Notes: generated by a model not told the origin, from the sequence alone. Shown: positions 11,651 through 23,243, counted from the stretch's first letter. The stretch is DNA of 32,000 bases from Gilliamella sp. Pas-s25 (GCF_009795885.1 NZ_WTEV01000005.1:101197-133196); one strand, 5' to 3'. A program made the numbers and translations.

Positions 11651-13183
11651 TTACTTGCCACGTTGAAACATTTTCAGCATTCTTTGAGTAACAAAGAATC
11701 CACCAAAAATATTGATACTAGCAATCAAAATAGCAACAAAGGCAATCGCCGTAGTTAAACTATTATCATCGCCGACTTGTAATATTGCACCGACTAATAT
11801 AATCCCAGAAATTGCATTTGTTACCGACATCAGAGGTGTATGTAAAGAGTGTGTGACATTCCATACTACGTAGTAACCAACAACACAAGATAATGCAAAT
11901 ACGGTAAAGTGCCCTAAAAAGCTTTCAGGAACACAGTGAGCCAGCCAGAAATAAGCAATGATGGCTAATGTAAAAATGCCATATTTTTTACGAGGATCCA
12001 TTGGTTTTGATTCAGGTTTAGCAATTGGTTCCGCGACTTTTTTCTGTGGTTGAGCTGATACTTGAATGGGTGGCGCTGGCCAAGTAATTTCTTTGTCTTT
12101 AACCACCGTTACACCACGAATGACGACATCTTCAAAATTGATATCAATATTACCGTCTTTTTCTTTTGCAAGTAGTTTTAATAGGTTAACAATGTTTGTT
12201 CCATAAAGTTGTGATGCTTGCGCTGGCATACGATTAGCTAAATCCGTATAACCAACAATCTTGACATTGTTATCGGTTTCGAAAACTTCACCTGGTTTTG
12301 TCAATTCACAGTTACCGCCAGTTAATGCTGCTAAATCAACAATAACACTGCCAGGTTTCATTGATTCAACCATTTCTTTGGAAATGAGTTTCGGTGCAGG
12401 TTTGCCTGGAATTAATGCTGTTGTGATAATAATATCAACATCTTTTGCTTGCTCAGCAAATAGGGCCATTTCAGCTTCAATAAAGGCAGCTGACATCTGT
12501 TTAGCATAGCCATCGCCAGAACCGGCTTCTTCTTCAAAATCAAGCTCTAAAAAGTCAGCTCCCATACTGTTAATTTGTTCAGCCACTTCAGGGCGAGTGT
12601 CAAAAGCACGAACAATCGCACCTAAACTCACCGCTGCGCCGATGGCTGCAAGGCCAGCAACACCTGCGCCAATTACTAATACTTTAGCTGGTGGGACTTT
12701 ACCTGCAGCAGTAACTTGACCGGTAAAGAATCGACCAAATTGATTTGCTGCTTCGATAACTGAACGGTAACCCGCAATATTAGACATTGAACTCAATGCG
12801 TCTAAAGATTGTGCCCGTGAAATACGTGGCACACAGTCCATTGCCATAACAGTAATATTTTTAGTGGCAAGTTTTTCTAATAGTTCTTTGTGTTGAGCTG
12901 GATAAATATAACTGATAAGGGTTGAACCCTCTTTCATTAAAGATATTTCATCGTCGGTTGGTGCATGAAACTTCAAAATTAAATCATTTTGCCAAATATC
13001 TTGTGTATTTTGAATTGTGGCTCCAGCATCAATAAAAGCTTGGTCTTCATAATGAGCTGCATGTCCAGCGCCTTGTTCTACGGAAACTGTAAAGCCCAGT
13101 TTTAACAGTTGTCCAACAGTCAAAGGAGTTGCTGCAACTCTAGCTTCATTGACTAACCGTTCTTTAGGTATACCGATATGCAT
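11651..13183 (-). CDS. pntA: NAD(P) transhydrogenase subunit alpha
   Basis: 510 aa. [20 protein letters not shown] matches E. coli PntA (MRIGIPRERLTNETRVAATP). It has the Rossmann motif [15 protein letters not shown] and a C-terminal TM region. Confidence 0.93.
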   Translation of the reverse strand: MHIGIPKERLVNEARVAATPLTVGQLLKLGFTVSVEQGAGHAAHYEDQAFIDAGATIQNTQDIWQNDLILKFHAPTDDEISLMKEGSTLISYIYPAQHKELLEKLATKNITVMAMDCVPRISRAQSLDALSSMSNIAGYRSVIEAANQFGRFFTGQVTAAGKVPPAKVLVIGAGVAGLAAIGAAVSLGAIVRAFDTRPEVAEQINSMGADFLELDFEEEAGSGDGYAKQMSAAFIEAEMALFAEQAKDVDIIITTALIPGKPAPKLISKEMVESMKPGSVIVDLAALTGGNCELTKPGEVFETDNNVKIVGYTDLANRMPAQASQLYGTNIVNLLKLLAKEKDGNIDINFEDVVIRGVTVVKDKEITWPAPPIQVSAQPQKKVAEPIAKPESKPMDPRKKYGIFTLAIIAYFWLAHCVPESFLGHFTVFALSCVVGYYVVWNVTHSLHTPLMSVTNAISGIILVGAILQVGDDNSLTTAIAFVAILIASINIFGGFFVTQRMLKMFQRGK

Positions 13184-13455
13184 TTCGTTACGTCCTTATG
13201 TTAGTTTATATAGAATGTATACTGATTTTAACATAAATAAGCGTTTGTGCGAGTACGGGAACAAATAAATTAATATTTATTTTTATACTGTTTAGTATAA
13301 AAACACGGTATAATGAATATGAGATTTGTCAAATTTTATGGAAAAAAGTAAATTTATTTATTTACGATTTTAATTTGTTTATAAAGTTTTTAATGCTCTA
13401 TAGGTGAGAGATCTTAATTAGAGTAAAAATAAATTCAAAAAAATATAAGGATATT

Positions 13456-14823
13456 ATGATGGAAAAAAATAATAATTGGAGCTTGATTTTTATATATTTT
13501 ATTTCTTTTTTATTTCTTTCAACTTTTTCTGTTCATGCGGCTAAATCCCATACAGCGATCTCTCAAAAAGCAATTATTGGTAATGCACCTTATTTATTAT
13601 TAACAGATCGGGTTACAAAACTATCAAATTTAAATCAACTTCAAGGCTTTAATATGCCAAGGCGAGATGGTCGTGGCGGCATAGAATGGTTAAATGCGTC
13701 GGATTCCTCTGTCGCTATTCGTGCACCAGAACACATGCATTTTTCGGATGTATGGACATTAGTTCCTGCTGATGGAAATTTTCATAATGTTACTGGTGTG
13801 TGGATCGGTGATGATGATGGTGATGAAAAGGAGGGGACAATTTCGGGTACTATAAAAGCTACATGGTATGACAATAATATACCGATACCTAACGATCGTT
13901 TAAGTTGGGAATTATGGAACTGTGGTGGTCCATATACCTTAAAAGTTGAAGTAAATGATGTAAGTGTAACTACCAGATATGGTATTCCTAATAGTCGGTT
14001 TTATGGTAGTGTTCCTCCTGTTGTATATACCTTTATGCCACATGGACAAGGTATTTGTTATCTTAAACCAAATGAGATGACTAATTATGGTGGACACGAT
14101 AGTAATGTGTTTAATGAAATAAACGGTTTTAGTCGTTGGTCAGGTTTTCCTTCAACTGGATTTAAAAAGGCTGGTTTTAGTTTAATTGGTTCAGGAGCCG
14201 ATCAAAGTCGATATCGTTGCTATTCTTCTAATGGAGCAGGAAAAATCTCTTTATGGACTGCTGGAGGAATTGCCCAAAACTGTTCGGTGATATATGAGTC
14301 GGCAACAAAAGGGGAGTTTATCCAAAATGGGACACCGACGATAACAATGGAATATTTTAATGGTCAATCGTGGATATGGTTAGATAATTTTACTATTCCA
14401 GTCCCAAATAAATGGGCAAGGGCTGGCAGTTCGGAAATAGTCTTTGCAAATAATCGAACGATAACTTCTGCAACTCGTTTCCCTGCACTAGATTTTTGTC
14501 GAGGCTCAAAACAAGGAAAAACAACAAAAGAAGAAGCAATGAACTATAATTTTCGACGTCAATACTTTTATGATATTAATGAACTAACTAATGATTGGAA
14601 TCATTTTATTCGGGCTGTAGGGACATTTATGGGAGAATGGGGTATAACCCAAAGATATGGTGGAGTTTGGAGTAAAGATGGTGAAAGGTGGACCAGTGAG
14701 TTAGAGAAAGTAAACGGTGTCTTTTTGGGACGAAGAGTATATCGAGTAATGGGGCTGAGAGGTAACGTTTCTCTAGATCGTGCAAATTATCCTAGTACTA
14801 TTGCGGTGTGCAGAGGAGATTAA
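13456..14823 (+). CDS. exported Cys-containing protein of unknown function (C-terminal C-type-lectin-like module suspected)
   Basis: 455 aa with a clear signal peptide (WSLIFIYFISFLFLSTFSVHA/AKS), 6 Cys and Trp/Gly-rich beta-type sequence. An AAGGA Shine-Dalgarno sits upstream of the ATGATG start. I cannot name a recognisable family for the whole protein with confidence. Confidence 0.7.
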   Translation: MMEKNNNWSLIFIYFISFLFLSTFSVHAAKSHTAISQKAIIGNAPYLLLTDRVTKLSNLNQLQGFNMPRRDGRGGIEWLNASDSSVAIRAPEHMHFSDVWTLVPADGNFHNVTGVWIGDDDGDEKEGTISGTIKATWYDNNIPIPNDRLSWELWNCGGPYTLKVEVNDVSVTTRYGIPNSRFYGSVPPVVYTFMPHGQGICYLKPNEMTNYGGHDSNVFNEINGFSRWSGFPSTGFKKAGFSLIGSGADQSRYRCYSSNGAGKISLWTAGGIAQNCSVIYESATKGEFIQNGTPTITMEYFNGQSWIWLDNFTIPVPNKWARAGSSEIVFANNRTITSATRFPALDFCRGSKQGKTTKEEAMNYNFRRQYFYDINELTNDWNHFIRAVGTFMGEWGITQRYGGVWSKDGERWTSELEKVNGVFLGRRVYRVMGLRGNVSLDRANYPSTIAVCRGD

Positions 14824-14927
14824 TTTTTATATTATTATTAGGGTGTGTTTATCTTTGATGATATTTTTTAAATGGCATAGTGAGCGCTATAATAATTTTG
14901 CCAAAAATAACCCTAACTTAGTCCACT

Positions 14928-15096
14928 ATGCCAAGAACAAGGTTAACAGATAAGCAGTGGGAACCGCTGCTGAAAATAATGAAAAGTACGGAGGAAAGTT
15001 TATAATAAACAAAAATATAGGATGCTATTTGAAGGAATGCTGTTGTGAATGAGAACGGGTATTACTTGGCGATATTTACCGACTACATTTGGTGTA
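14928..15096 (+). pseudogene. decayed N-terminal fragment of an IS4/IS5-superfamily (DUF4096-type) transposase
   Basis: One frame reads MPRTRLTDKQWEPLLKIMKSTEESL-stop. A shifted frame continues RRKVYNKQKYRMLFEGMLL-stop-MRTGITWRYLPTTFG. This mirrors the conserved L(T/S)DxQWxxIxPLL ... ILWVLRTGxxWRDLPxxFG N-terminus of these transposases. The fragment has a frameshift and an in-frame stop and is truncated before the DDE domain. Confidence 0.55.
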
Positions 15097-15439
15097 ATAG
15101 CTCAGATTAACTCTGAGCTATTACAATTTATATTTATGTGGCTACCAATGCATTGTTGATTAAGATATGAACTCAAAAGAGCAATAGTCCCTAATTAAGT
15201 TCGTGTTGTCATGACCAATATAAAAGTAAAAGTATTGGTTTTTTCAGATTATCTTATTTTTTATTATCATACCGTTAAAAGACAATGTAGTTAAATAATA
15301 TCGTTTTCACGCTTTCATCGAATTCCATTACAAATTTACTCTTTATTGTTATATAATTGACGTCATTTTTGTCTATGCCGTGAATAATAACGTTCTTCGG
15401 TATGTTTCTATCTTGTTATCCTTGAATTAAGGAACTTTT

Positions 15440-16762
15440 ATGATTGATTTTTCCCAATCAGTGCCAGAACTGGTCTCTTGGGCAAAAAAGAATGATTTTT
15501 CGATCGCTTTGCCTGTGGAAAGATTAGCTTTTTTATTGGCTATTGCTGTATTAAATAGCGAGCGTTTTGACGGTGAAATGACGGAGTCTGAATTAATTGA
15601 TGCTTTTAGGCATGTTTCACAAATTTTTGAACAAAGTGAAGATACTATTACATTGCGAGCCAATAATGCTATCAATGATTTGGTACGCCAACGCTTAATT
15701 ACACGTTTTGCAAGTGAAATGGTAGACGGTTTTTCGATTTATCGTTTAACTCCGTTAGGAATAGGTATTTCTGATTATTATATTCGCCAACGTGAATTCT
15801 CAACCTTGCGTTTATCCATTCAGTTATCTATTGTTGCGCAAGAGTTAAAACGAGCTGCAGATGCAGCCGTCGAAGGTGGTGATGATTTACATTGGCATCG
15901 AAATGTCTTTGCTCCATTAAAATATTCAGTAGCTGAAATTTTTGACAGTATTGATATCACGCAACGTGTTATGGATGAGCAGCAGGCAGATGTTAAACAA
16001 AATATTTCTGCCCTATTAAGTCAAGATTGGCAAGCAGCAATTAGCAGTTGTGAAGGATTACTGACTGAAACATCACAAACATTGCGGGAGTTACAAGATA
16101 CTTTGGCTGCTGCTGGCGATAAATTACAAGCCAGTTTGCTTTTAATACAAGATGCGACGCTTGATAATCCAGAGCTTGATAAAATCAACAATGTTGTTAT
16201 GGATCTACAAGGTAAATTAGATCGAATTATTGGTTGGGGGCAAAAAGCGATTGACCTTTGGATCGGTTATGATCGCCATGTTCATAAATTTATTCGTACC
16301 GCTATTGATTTAGATAAAAATCGAGTATTTTCTCAACGTTTACGAAAATCGATTCAAGGATACTTTGATTTGCCTTGGTCACTCACTTTTGCTAATGCCG
16401 AGCGCTTACTAGATATGCGTGATGAAGAATTGGCTTTACATGATGCTGAAGTAACTGGGGAATTACCGTCGGAACTTGAATTTGAAATGATTGAAGAGAT
16501 TCAAGAACATATTATTGCTCATATTGAACAAAATTTAATGGTATTTAAGCAAGAAAATAAACCACTTGATATGGGCACTACCATTCATAGCTATTTGGCT
16601 CAGTTCCCGCGCGAACAACATTTTGATATAGCAAGATTATTTATTGATCAGGCCATTCGTCTCGGTATTGCTGAAGATGATTGGCTTGGAATTCCTGCCG
16701 AATGGAAACCTATTAACGATTATGGAGCTAAGGTACAAGCACATGTCATCAACAGATACTAA
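15440..16762 (+). CDS. mukF: chromosome partition protein MukF (kleisin)
   Basis: 440 aa, collinear with E. coli MukF from the N-terminus ([36 protein letters not shown]) to the C-terminus ([16 protein letters not shown]). Confidence 0.94.
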   Translation: MIDFSQSVPELVSWAKKNDFSIALPVERLAFLLAIAVLNSERFDGEMTESELIDAFRHVSQIFEQSEDTITLRANNAINDLVRQRLITRFASEMVDGFSIYRLTPLGIGISDYYIRQREFSTLRLSIQLSIVAQELKRAADAAVEGGDDLHWHRNVFAPLKYSVAEIFDSIDITQRVMDEQQADVKQNISALLSQDWQAAISSCEGLLTETSQTLRELQDTLAAAGDKLQASLLLIQDATLDNPELDKINNVVMDLQGKLDRIIGWGQKAIDLWIGYDRHVHKFIRTAIDLDKNRVFSQRLRKSIQGYFDLPWSLTFANAERLLDMRDEELALHDAEVTGELPSELEFEMIEEIQEHIIAHIEQNLMVFKQENKPLDMGTTIHSYLAQFPREQHFDIARLFIDQAIRLGIAEDDWLGIPAEWKPINDYGAKVQAHVINRY

Positions 16763-17531
16763 CGATTTCGAAATACAACAAACCGCACATCATCTTGATG
16801 AAGTTATGGGGCGCATAGTAGCTAGTTCTCAGGCGTCTATCGATAAATATATGTCCGTTAAGTTGGCTCAAGCAATTGCTAATCCGATCTTTCCAGAACT
16901 GGATAGTTTACTACGTTCAGGCCGTCATATTGGTATTGATGAACTTGATCATCATGCCTTTCTAATGGATTTCCAACTTGAGCTTGAGCAATTTTATCAA
17001 CGTTATAATGTTGAATTGATTCGTGCGCCAGAAGGTTTTTTCTATTTGCGTCCACGCTCTACAACATTAATTCCTCGTTCAGTATTATCGGAACTTGATA
17101 TGCTTGTTGGTAAAGTACTTTGTTATCTATATTTAAGTCCAGAACGATTGGCTCATGAGGGCATTTTTACCTTACAAGAGCTATTTGATGAGCTGGTTTC
17201 GTTAGCTGATGAAAATAAATTACTGAAATTAGTCAACCAACGCTCAACGGGGTCAGATTTAGATCGTCAAAAATTATTTGATAAAGTAAAAACAGCTTTA
17301 AATCGCTTGCGTCGTTTAGGCATGATTTTCTTTATCATTGGTAATGATAGCAATCGCTTTCGTATCAATGAAGCTATCTTTCGCTTTGGGGCAGATGTGC
17401 GTAGTAGCGATGATGCGCAAGAAGCGCAGTTGCGCTTAATCAGAGATGGTGAAGCAATTAAAATTGAATCATCGCTGACTTTTAATGATAACAGCGAAGA
17501 ACAAGAAGACGTTAATGAGGAGACAGAATAA
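16743..17531 (+). CDS. mukE: chromosome partition protein MukE
   Basis: The ORF is open from 16644. The in-frame ATG at 16743 gives MSSTDTND..., analogous to E. coli MSSTNIEQ. The core [39 protein letters not shown] is near-identical. The gene overlaps the mukF end by 20 nt. Confidence 0.9.
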   Translation: MSSTDTNDFEIQQTAHHLDEVMGRIVASSQASIDKYMSVKLAQAIANPIFPELDSLLRSGRHIGIDELDHHAFLMDFQLELEQFYQRYNVELIRAPEGFFYLRPRSTTLIPRSVLSELDMLVGKVLCYLYLSPERLAHEGIFTLQELFDELVSLADENKLLKLVNQRSTGSDLDRQKLFDKVKTALNRLRRLGMIFFIIGNDSNRFRINEAIFRFGADVRSSDDAQEAQLRLIRDGEAIKIESSLTFNDNSEEQEDVNEETE

Positions 17532-17533
17532 AC

Positions 17534-20500
17534 ATGATTGGACACGGTAAATTTCACTCATTAACGCTAATTAACTGGAATGGTTTTTTTGCGCGAACTT
17601 TTGAGCTAGACCAATTAGTCACAACGCTATCGGGTGGTAATGGGGCTGGTAAATCAACCACGATGGCGGCTTTTGTAACCGCATTAATTCCCGACTTAAC
17701 CTTATTACACTTTAGAAATACAACTGAAGCAGGGGCGACATCGGGTTCACGTGATAAAGGTTTGCATGGTAAGTTAAAACCAGGTGTTTGTTATTCAATG
17801 CTGGATGTGATTAATTCTCGTAACCAACGCATTATTTGTGGTGTCCGCTTACAACAAGTTGCCGGTCGGGATAAAAAAGTCGATATCAAACCATTTCTAC
17901 TGCAAGGTTTACCTATTGGTATAAGTCCAACAGAATTGGTAACAGAACGACTCAATGACAAACAGGCTCGCATTTTATCGTTACCAGAACTAAAAGATAA
18001 AGTCGAATCGATGGAAGGAATTATTTTCAAACAATTTAATTCTATTACTGATTATCATTCGGTTATGTTTGATTTTGGTATTTTACCAAAACGTTTACGC
18101 TCTCCATCAGATAGAAGTAAATATTATCGTCTGATCGAGGCCTCACTTTATGGTGGTATTTCAAGCGCTATTACACGTTCACTGCGTGATTATTTATTAC
18201 CTGAAAATGGTGGTGTGCGTAAAGCTTTTCAAGATATGGAAGCGGCACTTCGTGAAAATAGAATGACATTAGAAGCGATTCGAGTTACACAATCCGATCG
18301 TGATTTATTCAAACATCTAATTACCGAATCAACCAATTATGTCGCGGCTGATTATATGCGCCATGCTAACGAGCGCCGAGTTCATATAGAATCTGTGCTT
18401 GGCTTGCGTCGCGATATGTTTAAAACGCAAGATCTGCTTATTAGCAATCAATACCGCCAAGTTGAAATGGCGAAAGAACTTAAAGAATATCAAGAAGCGC
18501 AAAGCGATTTAGAAACCGACTTACAGGCCGCTAATGATCACTTCAACTTAGCGCAAACAGCGCTACGCCAACAAGAAAAAATTGACCGTTATCAAGCTGA
18601 TTTAGATGATTTAAGCTTAAAGCTTGAAGAACAAAACGAAGTGGTACTTGAAGCGAATGAACAGTACCAAGTTTACCGTGATCAGGTCAACGAAACAGAG
18701 CAAGAAGTCGATGAAATCAAAACACAGTTAGCGGATTATCAGCAAGCACTGGATGTTCAACAAACACGAGCAATTCAATACCAACAGGCTTTACAGGCAT
18801 TAAAAAATGCGCAGTCATTATGTCAGCTACCAAAACTAGGTATTAGCAATATCGAAGATCACTTTGCCGCGTTTGATGAAAAGCAAAAAGAGATAACCGA
18901 ACAAGTTCTTGAACTTGAACAAAAATTAAGTGTATCTGATGCCGCAATTAATCAATTTGATCGAGCTTATCAATTGGTGGTTAAATTGGTTGGTGATGTA
19001 ACTCGTAGTGATTCTTTTGTAGCTGCTAAAGAAGCATTAAGGCAGTGGCCATCACAATGTTACCAAGCCGAACACGCCGAGCATCTACAGCTACAACTTG
19101 ATGAACTCGAACAACGATTTTTTGAACAAAAAGAAGCTGAATCGTTATTAACTCAATTTTGTAAGCGTATTAATCGCCCAGTTAACTACGATGAACTCGA
19201 TGATTTAAAAGCAGAACTAGAGGTACAGTTAGACGAGAATGCTGAACGAGCTAACGAATCTAGCGAAAAACGTATCGAATTTAGACAAGAGCTTGAACAA
19301 ATTCAATCGAAAATTGCTGACTATCGCCAAAAAGCACCATTATGGTTAAAAGCACAAGATGCGTTAATAGCTTTGCAAGAACAGACCGGTGAAAGGTTTA
19401 ATAACAGCCAAGCTGTGACCCAACATATGCAAAAGCTGCTTGAAAAAGAGCGATTATTAGTTGCTCAACGAGATCAAATTAGCTTTAGACGCAATCAATT
19501 AGATGTTCAAATTGAGCAACTTAATCAACCGAGTGGTGTTGATGATGGTCGTTTATCTGCGTTGTCTGAACGCTTCAACGGTGTATTACTCTCTGAAATT
19601 TATGAAGATGTAACCATTGATGATGCGCCTTACTTTTCAGCGCTCTATGGTCCAGCAAGGCAAGCTATTGTTGTACCCGATTTATCATTAGTTAAACAGC
19701 AATTAGAAAGCCTTACTGCAAGCGATGAAGATTATCCAGAAGATATCTACTTTATCGAAGGTGATCCTTCATCATTTGATGATAGCGTTTTTGACTGTGA
19801 GGAGATGAATAAATCTGTACTGGTCAAAACAGGTGAGCGTCAATGGCGATTCTCAAGTTTTCCAAGTGTGCCACTATTTGGTCGTGCGGCGCGTGAAGTT
19901 CACCTTGAAAAACTATCAGCCGAACGTGATGAATTACATGAACGTTATGCAACAATTTCATTTGATCTACAAAAGTTACAACGCATTGAGCAAAATGTGG
20001 GACAATTTATAGGTCAATATCTTGCTGTTGCTTTTGATATCGATCCTGAAGCGGAAGCACAAAAATTAGCGACAAGACGCACCGAAATTGAACGTCAATT
20101 ATCATCTCAAGAAAGCCTTGATCAGCAAAACCAACAACAAGTTATTAATTGCAAAGAGCAATTAGCTACCGTTAATAAGCTTGTTGCTCAGATGCACTTG
20201 CTTGCAGATGAAGATTTAGCGGATCGGGTTGATGAATTACGTGAACAATTAGCTGAAGCGCAAGAATCTGTGCAATATGTTAACCGTAATTGTAATACCG
20301 TTTCAGAACTTGAACCGATTGTGGCTGTATTACAAAGTGATCCTGAACAAAATGAATCGCTTCGTGAACATTACAATACGGTTAAAGCCCAGCAACAAAC
20401 TATTCGCCAACAAGTCTTTGCGTTAACTGAAGTGATGCAACGCCGAGCTCACTTTAGTTATGAAGATTCGGCGGGTATGTTGAGTGAAAATAGTGATTTA

Positions 20501-21952
20501 AATGAAAAATTACGGTCTCGATTAGAGGTAGTTGAAGCGCAAAGAACCGATGCTCGTAGCCAGATGCAACAGTATCAAGACAAATACAATCAATATAACC
20601 AAACGCTTGCTTCGCTTAAAAGTGCATTTGAAACTAAGCGCGATATGTTGCATGAGCTACAAAAAGAGATTGAACAAATTGGCGTAAAAGCCGATGCGAT
20701 CACAGAAGAACGAGCACGAGTGCGTCGTGATGAAATTCATCAAAAATTAAATAGTAATCGCCAACATTGTACATCGCTTGAAAAGCAACTGATTATGTGC
20801 GAAAGCGAAATGGCTCAGATGCAAAAACGCTTAACTCAAACACTGCGCGATTATAAACAACTCCGCGAACAGGTAGTACAAGCCAAAGCGGGTTGGTGTT
20901 TAGTCTTAAGGCTTGTTAAAGAAAATAGTGTTGAACGGCGTTTACATCGTCGAGAACTTGCCTATTTAAGTGCTGATGAATTGCGCTCAATGTCAGATAA
21001 AGCATTAGGTTCATTACGTTTGGCAGTTAATGACAATGAACATCTACGCGATGTGTTAAGACTATCAGAAGATCCAAAACGCCCAGAACGTAAAATTCAA
21101 TTTTATATTGCAGTTTACGCACATTTACGCGAGCGAATTCGCCAAGATATTGTTAAAACTGATGATCCAATTGAAGCGATTGAACAGATGGAAATTGAAT
21201 TGTCACGCTTAACAGAAGAACTTACCTCACGTGAACAGCAGTTGGCAATTAGCTCAAAGAGTGTGTCGAATATTATTCGTAAAACCATACAGCGCGAACA
21301 AAATCGTATTCGTATGCTTAACCAAGGATTACAAGCAGTGGCATTTGGTCAAGTTAATGGCGTGCGTTTAAATGTCAATGTTCGCGAAGCTCATTCAACT
21401 CTTTTAGCAGCACTTGCCGATGAGCAAAATGAACATCAAGATCTATTTAGTAATAATCGTATTACTTTCTCAGAAGCCTTGGCTAAACTCTATCAACGTT
21501 TAAATCCACATATTGATATGGGACAACGAACTGCGCAAAATATTGGTGAAGAACTGTTAGATTATCGAAATTATCTTGAAATGGATGTTGAAGTAAATCG
21601 TGGTGCCGATGGATGGTTACGTGCTGAAAGCGGTGCATTATCGACGGGTGAGGCAATTGGTACAGGTATGTCAATTTTACTTATGGTGATTCAAAGTTGG
21701 GAAGAAGAATCCAAGCGACTTCGTAATAAAGATATTTTACCGTGTCGTCTACTATTCTTAGATGAAGCAGCTCGACTAGACGCCAAATCAATTGCAACAC
21801 TATTTGAACTTTGTGAACGGCTAGAAATGCAATTAATCATTGCTGCTCCAGAAAACATCAGTCCTGAAAAAGGAACAACCTATAAACTAGTACGTAAAGT
21901 TATTAATAACCAAGAACATGTGCATGTAGTTGGTTTGAAAGGCTTTGCTTAA
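17534..21952 (+). CDS. mukB: chromosome partition protein MukB (SMC-like ATPase)
   Basis: 1472 aa with Walker [10 protein letters not shown], a long coiled coil and the C-terminal [11 protein letters not shown] Walker B. It is collinear with E. coli MukB and starts 2 nt after the mukE stop. Confidence 0.95.
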   Translation: MIGHGKFHSLTLINWNGFFARTFELDQLVTTLSGGNGAGKSTTMAAFVTALIPDLTLLHFRNTTEAGATSGSRDKGLHGKLKPGVCYSMLDVINSRNQRIICGVRLQQVAGRDKKVDIKPFLLQGLPIGISPTELVTERLNDKQARILSLPELKDKVESMEGIIFKQFNSITDYHSVMFDFGILPKRLRSPSDRSKYYRLIEASLYGGISSAITRSLRDYLLPENGGVRKAFQDMEAALRENRMTLEAIRVTQSDRDLFKHLITESTNYVAADYMRHANERRVHIESVLGLRRDMFKTQDLLISNQYRQVEMAKELKEYQEAQSDLETDLQAANDHFNLAQTALRQQEKIDRYQADLDDLSLKLEEQNEVVLEANEQYQVYRDQVNETEQEVDEIKTQLADYQQALDVQQTRAIQYQQALQALKNAQSLCQLPKLGISNIEDHFAAFDEKQKEITEQVLELEQKLSVSDAAINQFDRAYQLVVKLVGDVTRSDSFVAAKEALRQWPSQCYQAEHAEHLQLQLDELEQRFFEQKEAESLLTQFCKRINRPVNYDELDDLKAELEVQLDENAERANESSEKRIEFRQELEQIQSKIADYRQKAPLWLKAQDALIALQEQTGERFNNSQAVTQHMQKLLEKERLLVAQRDQISFRRNQLDVQIEQLNQPSGVDDGRLSALSERFNGVLLSEIYEDVTIDDAPYFSALYGPARQAIVVPDLSLVKQQLESLTASDEDYPEDIYFIEGDPSSFDDSVFDCEEMNKSVLVKTGERQWRFSSFPSVPLFGRAAREVHLEKLSAERDELHERYATISFDLQKLQRIEQNVGQFIGQYLAVAFDIDPEAEAQKLATRRTEIERQLSSQESLDQQNQQQVINCKEQLATVNKLVAQMHLLADEDLADRVDELREQLAEAQESVQYVNRNCNTVSELEPIVAVLQSDPEQNESLREHYNTVKAQQQTIRQQVFALTEVMQRRAHFSYEDSAGMLSENSDLNEKLRSRLEVVEAQRTDARSQMQQYQDKYNQYNQTLASLKSAFETKRDMLHELQKEIEQIGVKADAITEERARVRRDEIHQKLNSNRQHCTSLEKQLIMCESEMAQMQKRLTQTLRDYKQLREQVVQAKAGWCLVLRLVKENSVERRLHRRELAYLSADELRSMSDKALGSLRLAVNDNEHLRDVLRLSEDPKRPERKIQFYIAVYAHLRERIRQDIVKTDDPIEAIEQMEIELSRLTEELTSREQQLAISSKSVSNIIRKTIQREQNRIRMLNQGLQAVAFGQVNGVRLNVNVREAHSTLLAALADEQNEHQDLFSNNRITFSEALAKLYQRLNPHIDMGQRTAQNIGEELLDYRNYLEMDVEVNRGADGWLRAESGALSTGEAIGTGMSILLMVIQSWEEESKRLRNKDILPCRLLFLDEAARLDAKSIATLFELCERLEMQLIIAAPENISPEKGTTYKLVRKVINNQEHVHVVGLKGFA

Positions 21953-21960
21953 TTCGTGCT

Positions 21961-21979
21961 TTGCCGACATTGTCGGCAA
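21961..21979 (+). terminator. weak hairpin just after mukB
   Basis: TTGCCGAC-ATT-GTCGGCAA palindrome 9 nt after the mukB stop. There is no strong T-run, so termination activity is uncertain. Confidence 0.35.
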
Positions 21980-22156
21980 AACTTTACAGTTTTTGTGAAA
22001 AAGTTTCAGGTAACTATACGTTTCAGTATAAAAATATAATTGCAGATTCAGTTTATAAGTATTAATTGCGTTTGGATAACTAAAGGTGTGATCGTTTTTT
22101 TGTTCAGTATTTTCAGTAAGCGCTTGATGTATGATAAACCATATCCAAATCTATAT

Positions 22157-22182
22157 AAAAACCGCCAATTGAGGCGGTTTTT
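22157..22182. terminator. bidirectional intrinsic terminator (mukB side / phosphatase side)
   Basis: AAAAACCGCC-AATTGA-GGCGGTTTTT. It is a GC stem flanked by an A-run and a T-run and lies between the convergent mukB and 22230..22751 genes. Confidence 0.7.
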
Positions 22183-22229
22183 CAAATTACGCATATATTC
22201 CGTTATACAATTAATACTTCAATAGTATA

Positions 22230-22751
22230 TTACTTTTTTGCTATTTTATTTAAGGCTAATGGCAAAAATTCATCTAATTGGCTTTCCACTTTAGTATAGG
22301 CTTCCAGTGGTTTTTTATATGGATCAGAAAGATCTTCCTTTTTGCCTGTTGAAAATTCAGCTAATGTAAATACTTTACCTTTAGCGTCAGGATATTCACT
22401 TAAAATCGTGTCCTTATGTTTTTGCGTCATGGTCAGCAAATATTCTGATTTATCGATATCTTCTTTCGTTAATTGTGTTGCTTTGTGTGATGAAATATCA
22501 ATGCCTCTTAACTTTAAGACAGTAATAGTTCCATCTTCGGGTGTAACTTCTTTGGGATCGACATTGACACCTCTGGATTGAACGATAATATTAAAATTGT
22601 GTTTTTTTATGTAATCACTAGCGATAGCTTCTGCCATTGGGCTTCTTCCTGTATTACCAGTACAAACAAAAGTGACAAGATGCTCTAGTGAAAAACAAGA
22701 TGCACTAAAGAACACAAATAAACCAGCTAAATATTTTTTTAAAGTGTACAT
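22230..22751 (-). CDS. low-molecular-weight protein-tyrosine(/arginine) phosphatase family protein with N-terminal signal peptide
   Basis: It has the P-loop VCTGNTGRSPMAEA (C-X5-R-S) and the acid loop LSDPY. About 22 extra N-terminal residues, MYTLKKYLAGLFVFFSASCFS, look like a Sec signal. No alternative start lies closer to the catalytic motif. Confidence 0.8.
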   Translation of the reverse strand: MYTLKKYLAGLFVFFSASCFSLEHLVTFVCTGNTGRSPMAEAIASDYIKKHNFNIIVQSRGVNVDPKEVTPEDGTITVLKLRGIDISSHKATQLTKEDIDKSEYLLTMTQKHKDTILSEYPDAKGKVFTLAEFSTGKKEDLSDPYKKPLEAYTKVESQLDEFLPLALNKIAKK

Positions 22752-23126
22752 TCTATTTCCTGACTATTTACATGTTGAAATTATCTTTACGAAAATTCTA
22801 TACTAACTAATACTAACCGCAAGTTCATTATCATCTTTTAACTAAATTTGATTTAAATTACAGAACATTCTTATATCTAACCAATAAAATCTACTCGTAT
22901 TTTTGTGAATACCGTTTTAAGCTAAAAATGTGTTAATAGTAGAGTATTTTGACCCTAATAATTTTAGGTATATATTGTATTTGTATACCCAACCGTATAA
23001 CTAAAAACTTTGGTTGTAAATGTACCTTACTGATACTTAATGGGCAATAAAATAGACTTTGAGGCTTGTTATTACTAGGTTTGGTGTGCTTTGTTGGGTT
23101 TAAAAGAATGTTGCTGTTTATTGATT

Positions 23127-23148
23127 TGGTGCGTGGGCGGGACTTGAA
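23127..23148 (-). other. tRNA 3'-end-like fragment (possible att core copy)
   Basis: The minus strand reads TTCAAGTCCCGCCCACGCACCA, which is a T-loop, T-stem 3' half, acceptor 3' half and CCA. The GCGGG-TTCAAGT-CCCGC arm type is typical of tRNA-Leu. It is one nt short of the canonical spacing, and no 5' half (GCGTGG acceptor partner) lies upstream, so it is not an intact tRNA. Confidence 0.35.
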
Positions 23149-23203
23149 AAGCACTGTTTAAATCCTTTATTATAAAGCATTGCGTTTGTTTATTCTGTTT
23201 GCC

Positions 23204-23243
23204 GTACCCCCATTTGTACCCCCAAAAGAAAAAGTGCCCCCCA
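23204..23243. repeat. iteron-like direct repeats GT(A/G)CCCCC(C)A x3
   Basis: GTACCCCCA occurs at 23204 and 23216, and GTGCCCCCCA at 23234. A related TACCTCCCCCCA lies at 23363-23374. These C-runs are conspicuous in otherwise A/T-rich DNA. Confidence 0.45.

Noticed and set aside
5778-12509. Antisense ORFs 5778..6026, 7859..8065, 8578..8874 (an alternative frame within fabR), 9622..9909, 10410..10604 and 12261..12509
   Set aside because: Each is nested in a well-supported homolog-bearing gene (pcnB, oxyR, fabR, hydrolase, pntB, pntA). None has a Shine-Dalgarno or a recognisable motif.
14812-14820. C-terminal RGD tripeptide of the 455-aa protein as an integrin-binding motif
   Set aside because: A tripeptide occurs easily by chance. 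It directly follows a Cys that is probably in a disulfide. There is no supporting evidence.
16644-16742. N-terminal extension of mukE to 16644 as given in the ORF track
   Set aside because: The extension would overlap mukF by 119 nt and has no counterpart in MukE. The ATG at 16743 reproduces the MSST... N-terminus of E. coli MukE.
15427-21674. Minus-strand ORFs 15427..15675, 17267..17557, 17791..18030 and 21483..21674
   Set aside because: They are antisense to mukF, mukE and mukB and are shadow ORFs.
22040-22225. 61-aa plus-strand ORF after mukB
   Set aside because: It starts at a non-ATG codon, runs straight through the bidirectional terminator hairpin, and has an A/T-driven composition.
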